DNA of 64,000 bases from positions 89,156,001 to 89,220,000 of the forward strand of contig NC_079165.1 in the NCBI RefSeq assembly GCF_947568905.1. Reading direction: 5' to 3'. Position 1 is the stretch's first letter; every line of letters begins with the position of its first letter. A program made the position numbers and the translations under genes. Below, piece after piece: positions 13,822-27,421 of this stretch. Origin of the DNA: Ostrea edulis (taxonomy: Eukaryota). The notes below the pieces were generated by a model that saw only the letters and a program-made list of their open reading frames with translations, did no database searches and had not been told where the DNA came from.

Positions 13822-15070
13822 TTACTTAGTTACTGTTGCAAAGAAGGGGAGGAAAATCTTCCGATCAATCAGAGATCACATTCGGGACCTTACAATACCA
13901 TACACATGATGTTAGGTGATCTAAACACGAATCCAGCCGATATACGAAGTATAGTTAATATTACTAAAATATAAAATACAACCCTTCATGAGAAGATGAA
14001 AAAAAAAACCGGTCACTATGATCATTAAGCTAACAATCTGTGGAAGTTCCACCACAGGATTTTAATATTTTTTCTTGACAACTTTACACTAAAATTCTAT
14101 TCTTTTGCTACGTGAGGCAAAATTTTAAAAAATAATGACATAAATTCATTACAAATATTTTTGACAAGTGTGTTGTTCAAATCAAAACCCTGGTCTGATC
14201 TAGACTGTTACGGAGGTTGCAATCCACTTTGGACGAACATTCTCCCCCCAGACCTTGTGAAGATTTTCTGAAACCTCCAAAAACCCGACCATGCATTTCA
14301 TTCAATAGCTAACCAAGTCCCGTGAAATGGTCAGGATAATTACCATAAATCCTGACCACTCCCTCTGTGTATATAACTCAAAGAATGCACACTGTGTATT
14401 TCAAAGCATTTTACTGGACGTGTATAAAAATAAGAGAAAACACAAAGATTAATGAAGATAACAGGACTGTTTCTGATGGACGAGAAGTGCACACATTCTG
14501 TTATGAAGATTATGATGATGAACTCTCTTATGATAATTAATAACAATGATGACTCCTTTACGACAATGGACTCGAATGACGATGACCTTTCTTATGATAA
14601 CGACAATGAACTCTGTTATTTGGCAGGTACTGTAAATCACTTGTATTTCACGAGACTTCACTCCCATGATTAAATCAATGAAACACAATTTCATGAATGT
14701 TCTTGTTCATCAATATTGTACTAAATATAAAATTTCATGTCAGTTCCACCCCATGAATTCTGTGTGAAAATGAAGTTCTCATGAATTTAAAGTGATTTAA
14801 AATAAACACTACGCATGTATATGAAAATCATTAATTACGCATACCTTCATCCCTAAATGAACACCATAACAACACAAAATTATTAAATTCAATACCCAAA
14901 TGCAGATTGTAGATTCCTGAGTATTTTTTTGGACAAGAATACTATAGTTATGGACATATTTATAGAATAATATAACAGCTTTCACTCTTTGCACAGACAC
15001 ACAAGCAAATAGGTTGTAAAAATGGCTGTCGGAATCACAGGAAGTTGAGAATGGCAAGCTTTGAAGAAGT

Positions 15071-15410
15071 CTATGGCAGAAAGTACTTGGGTGTGCTCAT
15101 GTGGAATTTATGGTCGGAGAAATAGCCATGGCCACGGTGAAAAGATCCAAACCTGGAACAGAAGACGCAACAAATTAGTCAGTATTTACTATTTACAGAA
15201 TCTTTACACAGATCCTGTGGGGATCTGGGTTAGAATAGGTCCTCAGTACCCTTGCTTGTCATAAGAGGTGACTAAATGGGGCAGTCCTTCGGATGAGACC
15301 GCAAGAACTGAGGTCCCGTGTTACAGCAGGTGTGACAGGACAAAGATCCCTCCCAGCTCAAAAGCTGTAAGCGCTGAGCATAGGCCTAAATTCTGTAGCA
15401 CTTCACCGGC

Positions 15411-15443
<33 letters not shown>

Positions 15444-18400
15444 TGACACCCCCCCCCCCCCACCACCACCACCACCACAACCAAAACTATAATTCTACCA
15501 CTGTTACTTCTAAAACTACATTGGAATCTAAAAATATCAAAAATCAATAAATGTAATACTGTACCTCTTGTTAAAATGTACACTGGGGTCCACTCTAGAG
15601 GGGTCAGTGGTCAGTCTAGTGTTGTCTTTGTAATCACTGGACTTTTCAGGAATCTGGAATTTGGCTATCTGTACCTCTGTGTCACTCAAACCACCATGTG
15701 TTATACGGGCATAGCCCCGTCTGATTAATAAAATCAATTATTTCAATCATAAACTAGTCTCTTCAAATAGATGTGTCAGAATAAAAAAATTCCTCGTGAA
15801 TTCCATTTGTTCATTCATTCATTGTTAAATGATCAGGAATTTTGATGCTCCCTGATTGGTCCAAACAATCTTTTGTGGTGTGTACCTCAAAGTGAGTTCA
15901 CCTCAATATTAACGTTGGGAGGTTTATTCAGGAATTTCCCTCTTGACCAACCGTAGCTTTGCTGACATTGTTATCGACCAATCAAATTGCGTAATTTTTA
16001 GCATTTATCGATAAATAAAATTCGATGCAGTTAGCTTTACCAAACACCACCACGTAAATATGTGAGAATAAATTTTATCACTGTTATAGTTCCTAGATAA
16101 CTGTTGAAAAATTCCTGTCAGATCATTTAATAAAGGAATTATTGACTTTTGATTCCATCCACTCACAGCTATACAGACCTCATCAAAAGCCAATAATAGT
16201 ATATTGGTAGTATCATTCATGTAACACTAAAATGAAATCTATGTATACTGTACCAAAAACAGAACATTAGGGGCTGTGAAGAACATTATCATCATTTGAT
16301 TTTCTCCAACACTTAGCACTTACTTCTTGAGTCCTCTGTACATAATGTATTCACACCATCTGTCTCGGTCTGTCTCATCAATGTCCTTGACATTGCCATT
16401 TGTCAGGAGTTCATGGTAGTCACGACTACCGGGGGCAGAGGTCACATAGCCAAGGAAAACTACTGGATTTTTACTAAAAAACGAAAATAAATTTTAAGAA
16501 TGATTAGGTATAAGGAAAACAAGGTTTTCCTTTAGAAATGAAATAGTGTGTCTTTCATCACAATGTTTTACTAGGCACAAAATTTTATCTTTAAAGTTTA
16601 CCAATTTGATATCATATGATACTTGTGTTTTGATTTTGACCTAAATATACACATACTTGACCTAATTATACACCTGAATGAGTATTGACTTGAAAATAGC
16701 TCTGTTTGAGTCATGACATGTAGATATAGAATTCTCACATTGCTGCCACTTGATTCATCACTATACCACCATGCTTTGTCACAAACATTTAAATGCATAT
16801 TATCAAACTATCCATCAATAAGCTATACATTCTCTTTATGCCTTTGTCATATGGCCACATTTTCCAAATCAAAAAAAAAACATGGCGCTTTGACTGCACC
16901 TCTCTTCTTCCCTTTGTCTGAGTAATGACATGGATTTCACTCTGTCTGAGTAATGCAGGGCTTGAACCTAACTTTTTTTGTCACTAGTCCAGCCAGACTG
17001 ATCGGGGTATAATTTCAACCAGTCCGCAGAAAATTTACCAGTCCAACAGAGTTTTCCAGAAATAATTAAACATATTTAATTTCGTTAATGTTATTAAAAT
17101 GAAATTTAGCTCAATATGTCTCAGACAATATTGTAACACTTAAATGTGGGATTTATTTTTATACCCCCCCTCCCCCCCCCCCCCCCCCCCCCCCCCCGAA
17201 CAAAGTTCTGGGGGGTATATAGGAATCACTCTGTCTGTCCGTCTGTCTATGCAGATTCGTGTCCGGGCCATAACTTCTTTGTTCTTTGACTTAGGCATAC
17301 CATATTTGGCACACAGGTGGATCACCATTAGACGATGTGTCGAGTACTTTCATGACCTTTATATGACCTTGACCCCAAGGTCAAAATTAAAGGGTTTTTT
17401 TTTACAGTGGATTCGTGTCCGGGCCTTAACTTTTTTGTTCTTTGACATAGGGATACCATATTTGACACATGAGTGTATCACCATGAGACGATGTGTCATG
17501 TACCTTTATGACCTCCATATGACCTTGACCTCAAGGTCAAAATTAAAGGTTCTTACAATGGATTCATGTCAGGGCTATGACTTCTTTGTTCTTTGACATA
17601 GGCATATCATATTTGAGACATGAGTGTATCACCATGAAACGATGTGTCCAGTACCTTCATGACCTTTATATGACCTTGAACTTTTACCTCAAGGTCAAAA
17701 TTGATTATAGGATTTTGACATAGTCATACCATAAAACATGAGTGTATCACCATGAGACTATGTGACATGTACATTCATGACCTCTTTATGACCTTGACCT
17801 TTGATCTCTAGGTCAACATTATAGGTTTATGCCATGGATTTGTGTTCGGACTATATCTTCCATTTTCTTCTACAAAAGCATACCATATTTTTACACTCAG
17901 GAAAGAGGTAATTTATACCTATTAACAACACTCTTTGGGAGATTGGGGTAAGCAGGGGGTATTCTTAGTTAGCATTGCTCACAGTACCTCTACAGATCGA
18001 AGCATGCCAAATGTGTGTATAAGATTTCATAAGTATATGCTTTAGAAAATTAACCAGTCCCACTGGACTTACTAAAACAAATGTATGTCAGTCCGCCAGA
18101 TTTTTAACCAGTCATAGACTGACGGGCATATGTTAATTTCGAGCCCTGTAATGACATAGATATCACTCTGTCTGAGTAATGACATAGATATCTCTCTGTC
18201 TGAGTAATGACATAAATATCACCCTGTCTGAGTAATGACATAAATATCACCCTGTCTGAGTAATGACATAGATATCTCTCTGTCTGAGTAATGACATAAA
18301 TATCTCTCTGTCTGAGTAATGACATAGATATCACTCTGAGTAATGACATAGATATTGCTCTGTCTGAGTAATGACATAGATATCGCTGTCTGAGTAATGA

Positions 18401-21400
18401 CATAGATAACACTCTGTCTGAGTAATGACATAGATATCACTCTGTCTGAGTAATGACATAGATATCACTCTGTCTGTGTAATGACATAGATATCGCTGTC
18501 TGAGTAATGACATAGATAACACTGTCTGAGTAATGACATAGATATCACTCTGTCTGAGTAATGACATAGATAACACTCTGAGTAATGACATAGATATCAC
18601 TCTGTCTGAGTAATGACATAGATATCACTATGTCTGAGTAATGACATAGATATCTCTCTGTCTCAGTAATGACAGATATCACTCTGTCTGAATAATGACA
18701 TAGATATCACTCTGTCTGAGTAATGACATAGATATCACTCTGTCTGAGTAATGATATAGATATCGCTCTGTCTGAGTAATGACATAGATATTGCTCTGTC
18801 TGAGTAATGACATAGATATCACTCTGTCTGAGTAATGACATAGATATAACTCTGTCTGAGTAATGACATAGATATCTCTCTGTCTGAGTAATGACATAGA
18901 TATCGCTCTGTCTGAGTAATGACATAAATATCACTCTGTCTGTGTAATGACATAGATATCGCTCTGTCTAAGTAATGACATAGATATCACTGTCTGAATA
19001 ATGACATAGATATCACTCTGTCTGAGTAATGACATAGATATCACTCTGTCTGAGTAATGACATAGATATCATTTTGTCTCAGTAATGATATAGATATCGC
19101 TTTGTCTGAGTAATGACATAAATATCTCTCTGTCTGAGTAATGACATAGATATCACTCTGTCTCAGTAATGACATAGATAACACTCTGTCTGAGTAATGA
19201 CATAGATAACACTCTGTCTGAGTAATGACATAGATATCACTCTGTCTGAGTAATGACATAGATATCACTCTGTCTGAGTAATGACATAAATATCTCTCTG
19301 TCTCAGTAATGACATAAATATCGCTTTGTCTGAGTAATGACATAGATATCACTCTGTCTAAGGAATGACATAGATATCACTCTGTCTCAGTAATGACATA
19401 AATATCACTCTGTCTGAGTAATGACATAGATATAACTCTGTCTGAGTAATGACATAGATAACACTCTGTCTGAGTAATGACATAGATATCACTCTGTCTG
19501 AGTAATGACATAGATATCACTCTGTCTGAGTAATGACATAGATATCTCTCTGTCTGTGTAATGACATAAATATCACTCTGTCTGAGTAATGACATAGATA
19601 TCACTCTGTCTGAGTAATGACATAGATATCTCTCTGTCTGAGTAATGACATAGATATCACTCTGTCTGAGTAATGACATAGATATGTCTCTGTCTGAGTA
19701 ATGACATAGATATCACTCTGTCTGAGTAATGACATAAATATCACTCTGTCTGAGTAATGACATAGATATCACTCTGTCTGAGTAATGACATAAATATCAC
19801 TCTGTCTGAGTAATGACATAAATATCACTCTGTCTGAGTAATGACATAGATATCACTCTGTCTGAGTAATGACATAAATATCTCTCTGTCTGAGTAATGA
19901 TATAGATATCACTCTGTCTCAGTAATGACATAGATAACACTCTGTCTGAGTAATGACATAGATATCACTCTGTCTGAGTAATGACATAGATATCACTCTG
20001 AGTAATGACATAGATATCACTCTGTCTCAGTAATGACATAGATAACACTCTGTCTGAGTAATGACATAGATATCACTCTGTCTGAGTAATGACATATATA
20101 GACATCTGAGTGTAATATTGATCTAGATATTGACCTCTCTCTTAGCTCCTTAGCGAGGAATTTGGCTTGTAGTTTTCGGTCCAGCACATCTCTATCATTC
20201 CCCATGTGAGTCACCACAAAGTCGACATGCTTCCCTCCATAGTTCACAGTGGCGGTGATGGCTGGGGCGAGTTCCCCTGTAGAATTAACAAAGGTACTAA
20301 TGTCTTACAGAATCTCCACAAACATACCAACAATATGTCATTGTTGCACCCGGAGGCACTGATGATACAATATTAAGTTTTTAGATACTTCTGACTTGAC
20401 TTACTGTGTGGTGAGGGCAGCAGATGGTGGGTGGACTTGATTTACCGTGTGGTGAGGGCAGCAGATGGTGGGTGGACTTGACTTACCGTGAGGTGAGGGC
20501 AGCAGATGGTGGGTGGACTTGACTTACCGTGAGGTGAGGGCAGCAGATGGTGGGTGGACTTGACTTACCGTGAGGTGAGGGCAGCAGATGGTGGGTGGAC
20601 TTGACTTACCGTGAGGTGAGGGCAGCAGATGGTGGGTGGACTTGACTTACCGTGAGGTGAGGGCGGCAGATGGTGGGTGGACTTGACTTACCGTGTGGTG
20701 AGGGCAGCAGATGGTGGGTGGACTTGACTTACCGTGTGGTGAGGGTAGCAGATGGTGGATGGACTTGACAATTGGATACTTCGATAAAATTAGGTTCCTG
20801 TCAAAAATACAACACTTCATATACATGTAGCTAGCTCATTTATTAATTTTTTTTTCAATGTTATTTTATAAAGATACATGTTTGTGCAGATGTGTAAATT
20901 ATTTATATCCTAGTGTGTGTTTTGTTTTATACAGAATAAAGCTGTTCATCTCCTCCATGTGTGTTTTGTTTACAGAATTAAGTTGTTTACTTCCTCATTG
21001 TGTGTTTTCTTTACAGAACTAAGTGTGCATTTTGGTTGCAGGTCCAATAAACTAAATGAGTCATTTACCCCCAGGTGTGCGTTTTGGTTGCAGGTCCAAT
21101 AAACTAAATGAGTCATTTACCCCCAGGTGTGCGTTTTGGTTGCAGGTCCAAAGTCCACATACATTCCTAGCTTCTCTCCTAGCCACATCCCAAGGTCATT
21201 GTTGCCGAGGAACGGTTTGGAGGCATCGCTTTCCAAGAGGGTCACAAAATCTGCCCCTTAATTATTCATCAACAAACTTTAAAGTCTTAGTGCATGACAT
21301 GTATGTATTAGAACAGTGAAATTGTCTGAATGTGTCAATTACTGTACATGAAAAAAAAAATCACCATTTTAATCCTTAACAACACAAATGTGATAGAATT

Positions 21401-24400
21401 CAGACAAAAATCAATGGTGAGCTTTATAACTTCATGACAGATGCATCTTAAAAAATTAAGTTTGAATAAATTCATGCATTAAAAATTCTTTTCAAGAAAT
21501 CAACTTTGGAGCATTATGGATGTGTTGCTTTTCGTGTTGTAATCTCAGTTTCAAATTTCATCTTTAAAATATACATGAGGGTATGAATAGCGACACTTCA
21601 CACCTGCATATTTTATGAATGTCGATTTTGGTGGGCAAATGAATCCCTTATCGTAAACAGTCCTTTCACTTTATTACAGTTGTACCTGTTTCATTGATAA
21701 GTTTAGCTGAACGCTCCAGACTTGGCCAGCCTCTATTGTCATAACCAAAGTGATATGTCCATATCATAGCTGAAAATTCACGAGGCTCTACCTGCAAAAA
21801 GAATTAATGTCAATTTCATTGCTCTAATTGAAAAGTAGAAAGAAAAAAATATGAACAACATTTTAAAGTATTTTTCAGAATAATGATTCAGTTTCTATGT
21901 AATATTAAAGCTGTCCAATTCTACAGGGCAAATAGCACCTTCTTACTCTAAGATTTCTTCCTAGCTGCTCAAATCTTGAAAGTTTTGAAAACAAATTTTG
22001 GCTGGTACATAAATATTGTAAACAAAAACCTTAATTGTTCCATCATTATTATCAGTGATAGCAATTGCATGTCAAAGTTTGCAAACTGATTACACAAAGT
22101 CCACTATCTTAGAATGTTTAGTCATTTATCATCCAGGGGGCAATTACATGTCAAGCTCTCACTAGTGATTTGAGGAGACAATTCTTATACCTTTGCTGGA
22201 TGTGAGAATTCTTGTCGACGGTATCTTGAAGAAAACCCGGCCAAGCCAGAACACAGAATTGGCCCCAACACTGTCAAAACAGATTCCTTATTGTCCTTAT
22301 TTAAATAAGTTTAATAGTTGTAATACAAAAGTACAAAGTGAAAATGCATTATGTTTTTTTTAAAATGTGAAACATTGCCAGTTTCTAGACAAAAAATGAC
22401 GAGACACATTCATGCACTTCTAGTAAACTTACAAACATTGACTTTTAAAAGGGAAAACCTCTTCTTCTCAATAACGGGTAGAACTGTATGAGTCACATCA
22501 AAGGATTTACCTGAAAATATCAAGATATTTAAAACTCATTTTGATCTGATTTATTTCATACAATACTTCATACATACAAAGAATATTCACACTAAGTTAA
22601 TTCTTTAATTTAAAAAAAAAACTTCATTTTTACTGGCTTTTCCAGACTTTGAAATTAGCCACTTGTCTGAAGACTGAGTCCAGTAAAATTGGAGTTGAGC
22701 TTGTAAAAATATTAAAATACAAGACCATTAGGCCTGTGCTTTTTATCAATATTACTGTCATTCTGTTAAAATTATATAACCATACATCTAAATGGAGTGA
22801 TGATTGTATTCAGAATAAATAGTAAATATTGTGTTTATATCATAATCCTACAGTACTCTTGAATTCTCTATATTCAAAGTTCTTTTCATAACTGAAAATA
22901 TATATATATTGTGTATATAATTTAGACCAGTGAATTTTTTGTTGGTCTAGTAAACAGTTCAGATATAGAGGTCCAAATGGCTCCAAAAAAAATTTCATTA
23001 GCTTTTCAGATTAATCATATTTGAAATTAAATAACAGATAAATAGTAAAATCAATGTACAGTGCTCCCTCGATATAGTGACAACTTTCATTTAAAACGAA
23101 TTTGGGCAATAAAGCTGGGGTGGCATTATAATGAATTCACCATTATGGACAATTCACTGAGCAGTCAAAAGAAATTCAACACCATCAAGTTATTTGGACA
23201 CCATTCTGTATAAACATTTAGATTATCTTGAGTTTAGTTCTGCAATTATTAGTAATTAACCTGGCCACCTGAATACTTCCTCCAAACTGTCACACTTCAC
23301 CACACCACTATCAAAGTACAAGTGTGATTACTGATGGACAGTAGGTAATTGGCATTATTATCTAGGGTAAACCCTATAAAACTTGATCATTTGTTTGTGA
23401 AAATCAAAGGCATGACATTATGCTGGGTTGGCATTATAACGAGGGTGTTAACATGGGAGGAAACTGTTCTTTAGGATTTTCAGGCAATAAGAAGGGGTGG
23501 CATAACTGGCATTATAACGGGGTGCAATATATCAAGGGCGCACTGTATTTGTTTCATACCGATGAAGAGTCCTATATATATCCCCAACATCACAGCTGCA
23601 ATTAGATAATCTGTATGCTCTCTTGTGTAAACACCACCCGGCACAAAATTATACGCCACAGTCCACACAAAAAAGAAGATCTCCACCAGATAGGTTACCA
23701 CAGCAACCACCAGTGACCTTGATGGGGGGCATCGACTGACTCTGTCTGTCATTTCTGGCCAGATGGACATGGTATACACAGCTAATATTAGGCCACCTGT
23801 TGAAATAAATATGCTGCCATGTAAACACAAAATTTTCCATATGACTTATTATGACCCACATAATCAAAACATAACGTAATTCCAAAGCAAAATTAACACA
23901 AGTACTAGAAACAGCCCTCTCTGAATTTTCTTTTTGGGACCTCCCAAAAACAACAGAATAAAAAATATCAGAGAGGGCTACATTATTGCAGCTAGTATAC
24001 AAAATTGAGTACCAGAAAGGATACACGATATGCTCATCACAAGCTTATGTAGGGTGTTTGTATTAAGGTGTTTGTTTTCTAAGACATTGATTACCAAACA
24101 TGGCAAAAATCCCACGAATTGTAGAACTTTACTTAAGTTAGTATCAGCCATCATAAAGCTGTGACATACACCCTATGTAATATTTCCTCAAAATTGATTA
24201 AGTCCAACAACCTGTAATTTTTTTTAAAAATTCAAGAAAATAAAATTCTTGCCATATGCACATCTTCAATACTAATACAAACACTCTGTGAAACAAGGAG
24301 GTCCTAAGTTGATAACTGCTGCCCTACATGCCTAAGGTGTAACGGATTGTAAGTAAGTTGAAAACGGTCATCATCGATGGAAAACGGTGGGAGGAGTTAA

Positions 24401-26936
24401 GTACAGATGTACCCATGAAATAAAGGAATATCAAACATTCTCCATTGCATAAGACCTGACACACACGACACATGTTTCTTGGATATTGTGCATTTCATAT
24501 TACATGATTGCTCCTCATGGCCCCTAACCTGCATATCCCTGATAGGTCGGTAGGTAATACAGCCCAGCCAATGAAAAGACACCGATCAGCCACCAAATCT
24601 TGCTCTGTGCTACATGACGACAAGCTGACATGTAAAATCCCAGCACGAGACACAAAAATACCCCAACTCTGGAAATATACACAGCAAACAATTACAAAAT
24701 GTCAGATCTCTAAAGCAATGGGTTTATATGCATTGTTTCAAGTATACACTATTTACACATGTTAAAAATCAAATTTCTGTGCCATGTCTTCAGAAATAAA
24801 TTACCCCCAAGGATATGGCATTGGTCCATGCTCAGGAAATCCTGTCACCACCCATCTGGTAATCAAAGACACCTCCCCAAAACACCAATGTGTCACATAG
24901 ATAAGACTGCCGAATCCAATGGCTGTTGGGAGCCAGTAGGGCTGCTCCGGCCTGTCTTTGTCTCTCTTGTTTATAGAGTCTGATCCTGTTGTCAGATGTT
25001 AGAAGTATAATGTAACACTGGAAAGCTCATAGGTATGTTTCATATTTGTTGCTCTCATAGATGACAGTGCATATTTATATCTCTCTCAGAGTGTCACAAA
25101 GTCAAAGTTACACAAAAAATAAAATGTACTCCAATCAGAAATAAATTCCCTTGTATAAGAAATCAATAGCTCTTAATAGTTATTGATAATGGTGTTTCTA
25201 AAAAAAAATTTAGAATTCAAAGATTTACCTGACAGTATCTGATCTATGGTGGAAATGGTGGCTAATGCAATGACCGCAGAATTTGTCTGTTTGCTCCACC
25301 ATGTGGGTATGAAAGAGACAAACCACACTCTGCTGGTGACCAGGGACAGAAGTCCCAGGAAAAGCCCCCAGAATGTAGAAGACCTGGTTAAAAGTTTTCA
25401 ATAGTCATGTGATAATACTAAATAGGTATTTCATAAACTATCCATTTTGAAAAACAAAGTACTGAACATTGTTCCTATATTTGACCCTAAAAAAGGGCAA
25501 GTCAAATATAAGCATTTTCCCCATTACTGTATGGGTACTTATTTGGCACAGTCATAACTAATACATTATTTGGCTTAATCATGATTAAGAACTTTTACTA
25601 TGCATGATAAACAGATAAATAGAAATTTTCATATTTTAGTGATACATGTACCATAAATTGTGTAAATGCTTCTTGTCAAAGCCACTAAAATTTTAATCCA
25701 TTAAAATATGTACAAGCATGGTATGTAAAAGAAAAGAGACTGCCATGTGTCTGATGAATAATCATGAATTAAATACCAGCATCCTGTAATGATGCATTTT
25801 ATGTGTATGATGTCATCATTCAGGAGGACTTTCCAATATATTTGTCGAAAAAATGAGAAATTGTTGCAGCATCAATATGCAAGCAGCAACTCTGTTGCAA
25901 GAGAATAATAAAAATGGCAGGTACAGTACTTGTTTGGAGAACCTTTAGAATTAGTCATTATCAGACATAAGTATCCATATCTAACCTTATTTTGACATCT
26001 GGACTCCAAAGTGTGGCTGCTATTACTAACATTGACACACCAGCTCCCCCTGCAAGAATCATCAGTCTGGTCAGAGTTGTGGGCGCCTGAAACGAGGCCA
26101 AAGATCCCACCATCAGAAGCCGTAGCAGCCCAAGGACCCAGCGGTTCTGAACCAGTGACATCATGCCTGGTATACCCAGGAGAATAGGGCTGAACCATGT
26201 GGCAGCAAATGCCTCATACCCAGATATGTCAAGTTCGTTCAATGGATAGAACCATATCATAGGCCCCATACCTTGGAACAGTGACCAGAAAACATAACCT
26301 ACAAAAAAGATCTTTGGATTATTATCAACAAACAACAATTTGTTCCCCAATATGACTGTCATGCATATTTTCTGTATCAGCTATATATACACCATTATAA
26401 AGAACTATCCAAAGTCTATGTACAACACTTTTATCAGTGTTAGGTATTAATGCCTGTTCGTCAGCCTAAGACAGACAAATAACTGTGAGTATCTACATAC
26501 TCAAAGCATAGTCTGACCATTGTGCCAGTAAAAAGCAAACTCATGCTTGCTTTAAATCAATGTGAAAAAAATTTCTCTGAAAATCAGATTATGACTGTCA
26601 TTTATCACTGTCTGATATTTCTGAATTTTCCAAATGAATGGTAAAAATTAAACAATACATTTACATTTTATCTTGAGTCACCCAGACTGTCACCAGAACT
26701 TGGCTGAAGGACAAAAAAATCATGTACTCTACATGTTACTGGCCCTTTGAACAAGCGAGTTCTAATGCCAAGTTATGAAGATTGACTGCCTGCATATAGC
26801 CAATGACGTACATTACATGCAAGAAAATAGCCAATGTGCAATAGGTACTATATAATGTCAGGTCAGGAAAACACGAGATATTCACCGGCATACCCTTATT
26901 CCGCATTTTCTCAAAGGAGGAACCGGTAGTGGCCAT
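15071..26936 (-). CDS. CWH43: PGAP2-interacting protein / CWH43 (GPI lipid remodelling), 15 exons, 687 aa
   Basis: Exons: 26894-26936 (least certain), 25986-26298, 25229-25383, 24805-24985, 24529-24668, 23560-23796, 22433-22510, 22191-22270, 21686-21791, 21121-21256, 20733-20797, 20135-20276, 16324-16473, 15565-15720, 15071-15152 (TAG). Total 2064 nt, phases consistent. Hallmark peptides: [77 protein letters not shown]. Confidence 0.95.
15213..15445. mobile_element. Abundant SINE-like interspersed repeat
   Basis: Inverted homolog at 29150-29405 (TTTCACTCATATGGAGAC...TTCTAACCC core). Confidence 0.65.
16956..18148. mobile_element. TIR element (CAGGGCTTGAA...TTCGAGCCCTG) with 5-bp TSD TAATG, inserted into the 27-bp satellite
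   Basis: TAATG at 16951-16955 and 18149-18153; satellite units on both sides; second copy starts at 28787. Confidence 0.8.
17155..17990. mobile_element. HINE-like element nested in the TIR element
   Basis: TTTTTATACCCC start, internal GACCTTGACC/AAGGTCAA tandem units, GGGGGTATTCTTAG...CACAGTACCTCT end; absent from the homologous position in the 28.8 kb copy. Confidence 0.7.
18149..20105. repeat. 27-bp satellite, about 72 copies (GTAATGACATAGATATCACTCTGTCTGA), in a CWH43 intron
   Basis: Direct reading; two orphan units at about 16905-16955. Confidence 0.97.
20394..20768. repeat. 41-bp tandem array, about 9 copies, made of a CWH43 exon end plus splice donor
   Basis: Donor G at 20404, 20445, 20486, 20527, 20568, 20609, 20650, 20691 and 20732. 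Confidence 0.97.
21023..21150. repeat. 52-bp tandem duplication (about 2.4 copies) of a CWH43 exon end plus donor
   Basis: CATTTAC at 21062-21068 and 21114-21120. Confidence 0.93.
23059..23545. mobile_element. Tc1/mariner-type (pogo/Tigger-like) MITE
   Basis: TIRs CAGTGCTCCCTCGATATA / TATATCAAGGGCGCACTG, flanked by TA on both sides. Confidence 0.75.
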
Positions 26937-27421
26937 ACAAATCAATATATATTATTTGACATTCGTCACATCTCACCATTTATAGTCTCGCGGACAAGTG
27001 TCCGATAGGAATGTAACTGGTTTTGTTCCACCATGTTCTATGCCTATGAATTATGCATTTAATCCATCGGGGGCCTGACCAAAGAAGAAATGTAAACAAC
27101 GAAATCACTCAGACGCTTAAAAAAGAAAACGATCGGAATGAATTTCCCCGGTGTGTCCCATCCCCTTTTTTTCATTTCATTTCATTTCAGGAGTTAAATT
27201 ACAATATGTTATCATGATTTTTTTAAACAATGAACTTAAAAAGTAACTCTCACGTTCACTGATTGAAATTTTGCGATTTATTTAATCTTTATGAAAAGTT
27301 CTGCAGTTTATCGTCAAACATTTCGTTCACCGAGATTTTTCCAACGACTTCCGGCATTATTTTGGGTTCTCTAACATCGGCTGCGCAGGATGATGAAATA
27401 GTAACAGTTCAAATAACGCAG
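26937..27421. promoter_or_regulatory. Putative bidirectional promoter between CWH43 and ALG5
   Basis: 485 bp between divergent predicted start codons; locally CpG-richer than flanks. Depends on the CWH43 first-exon call. Confidence 0.55.

Noticed and set aside
14380-14630. Acidic, frameshifted ORF-like segment
   Set aside because: No recognisable family and no partner exons.
18104-20105. Many ORFs ([12 protein letters not shown]...) in the 27-bp satellite
   Set aside because: A by-product of a unit length divisible by 3; they lie inside a CWH43 intron.
20915-21020. Three imperfect repeats resembling plus-strand acceptors (TGTGTTTTGTTTACAG)
   Set aside because: Wrong strand for CWH43; resemblance to the ALG5 unit is probably low-complexity coincidence.
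22634-22699. Extra 66-nt phase 1-1 CWH43 exon ([14 protein letters not shown]...)
   Set aside because: Open, but the donor is weak and the protein length already matches the recalled human ortholog without it.
26299-26362. N-terminal extension [10 protein letters not shown]... of ORF 25961-26362 as the CWH43 start
   Set aside because: It reads through a canonical TTTTTTGTAG acceptor and looks intronic. The true first exon remains somewhat uncertain.
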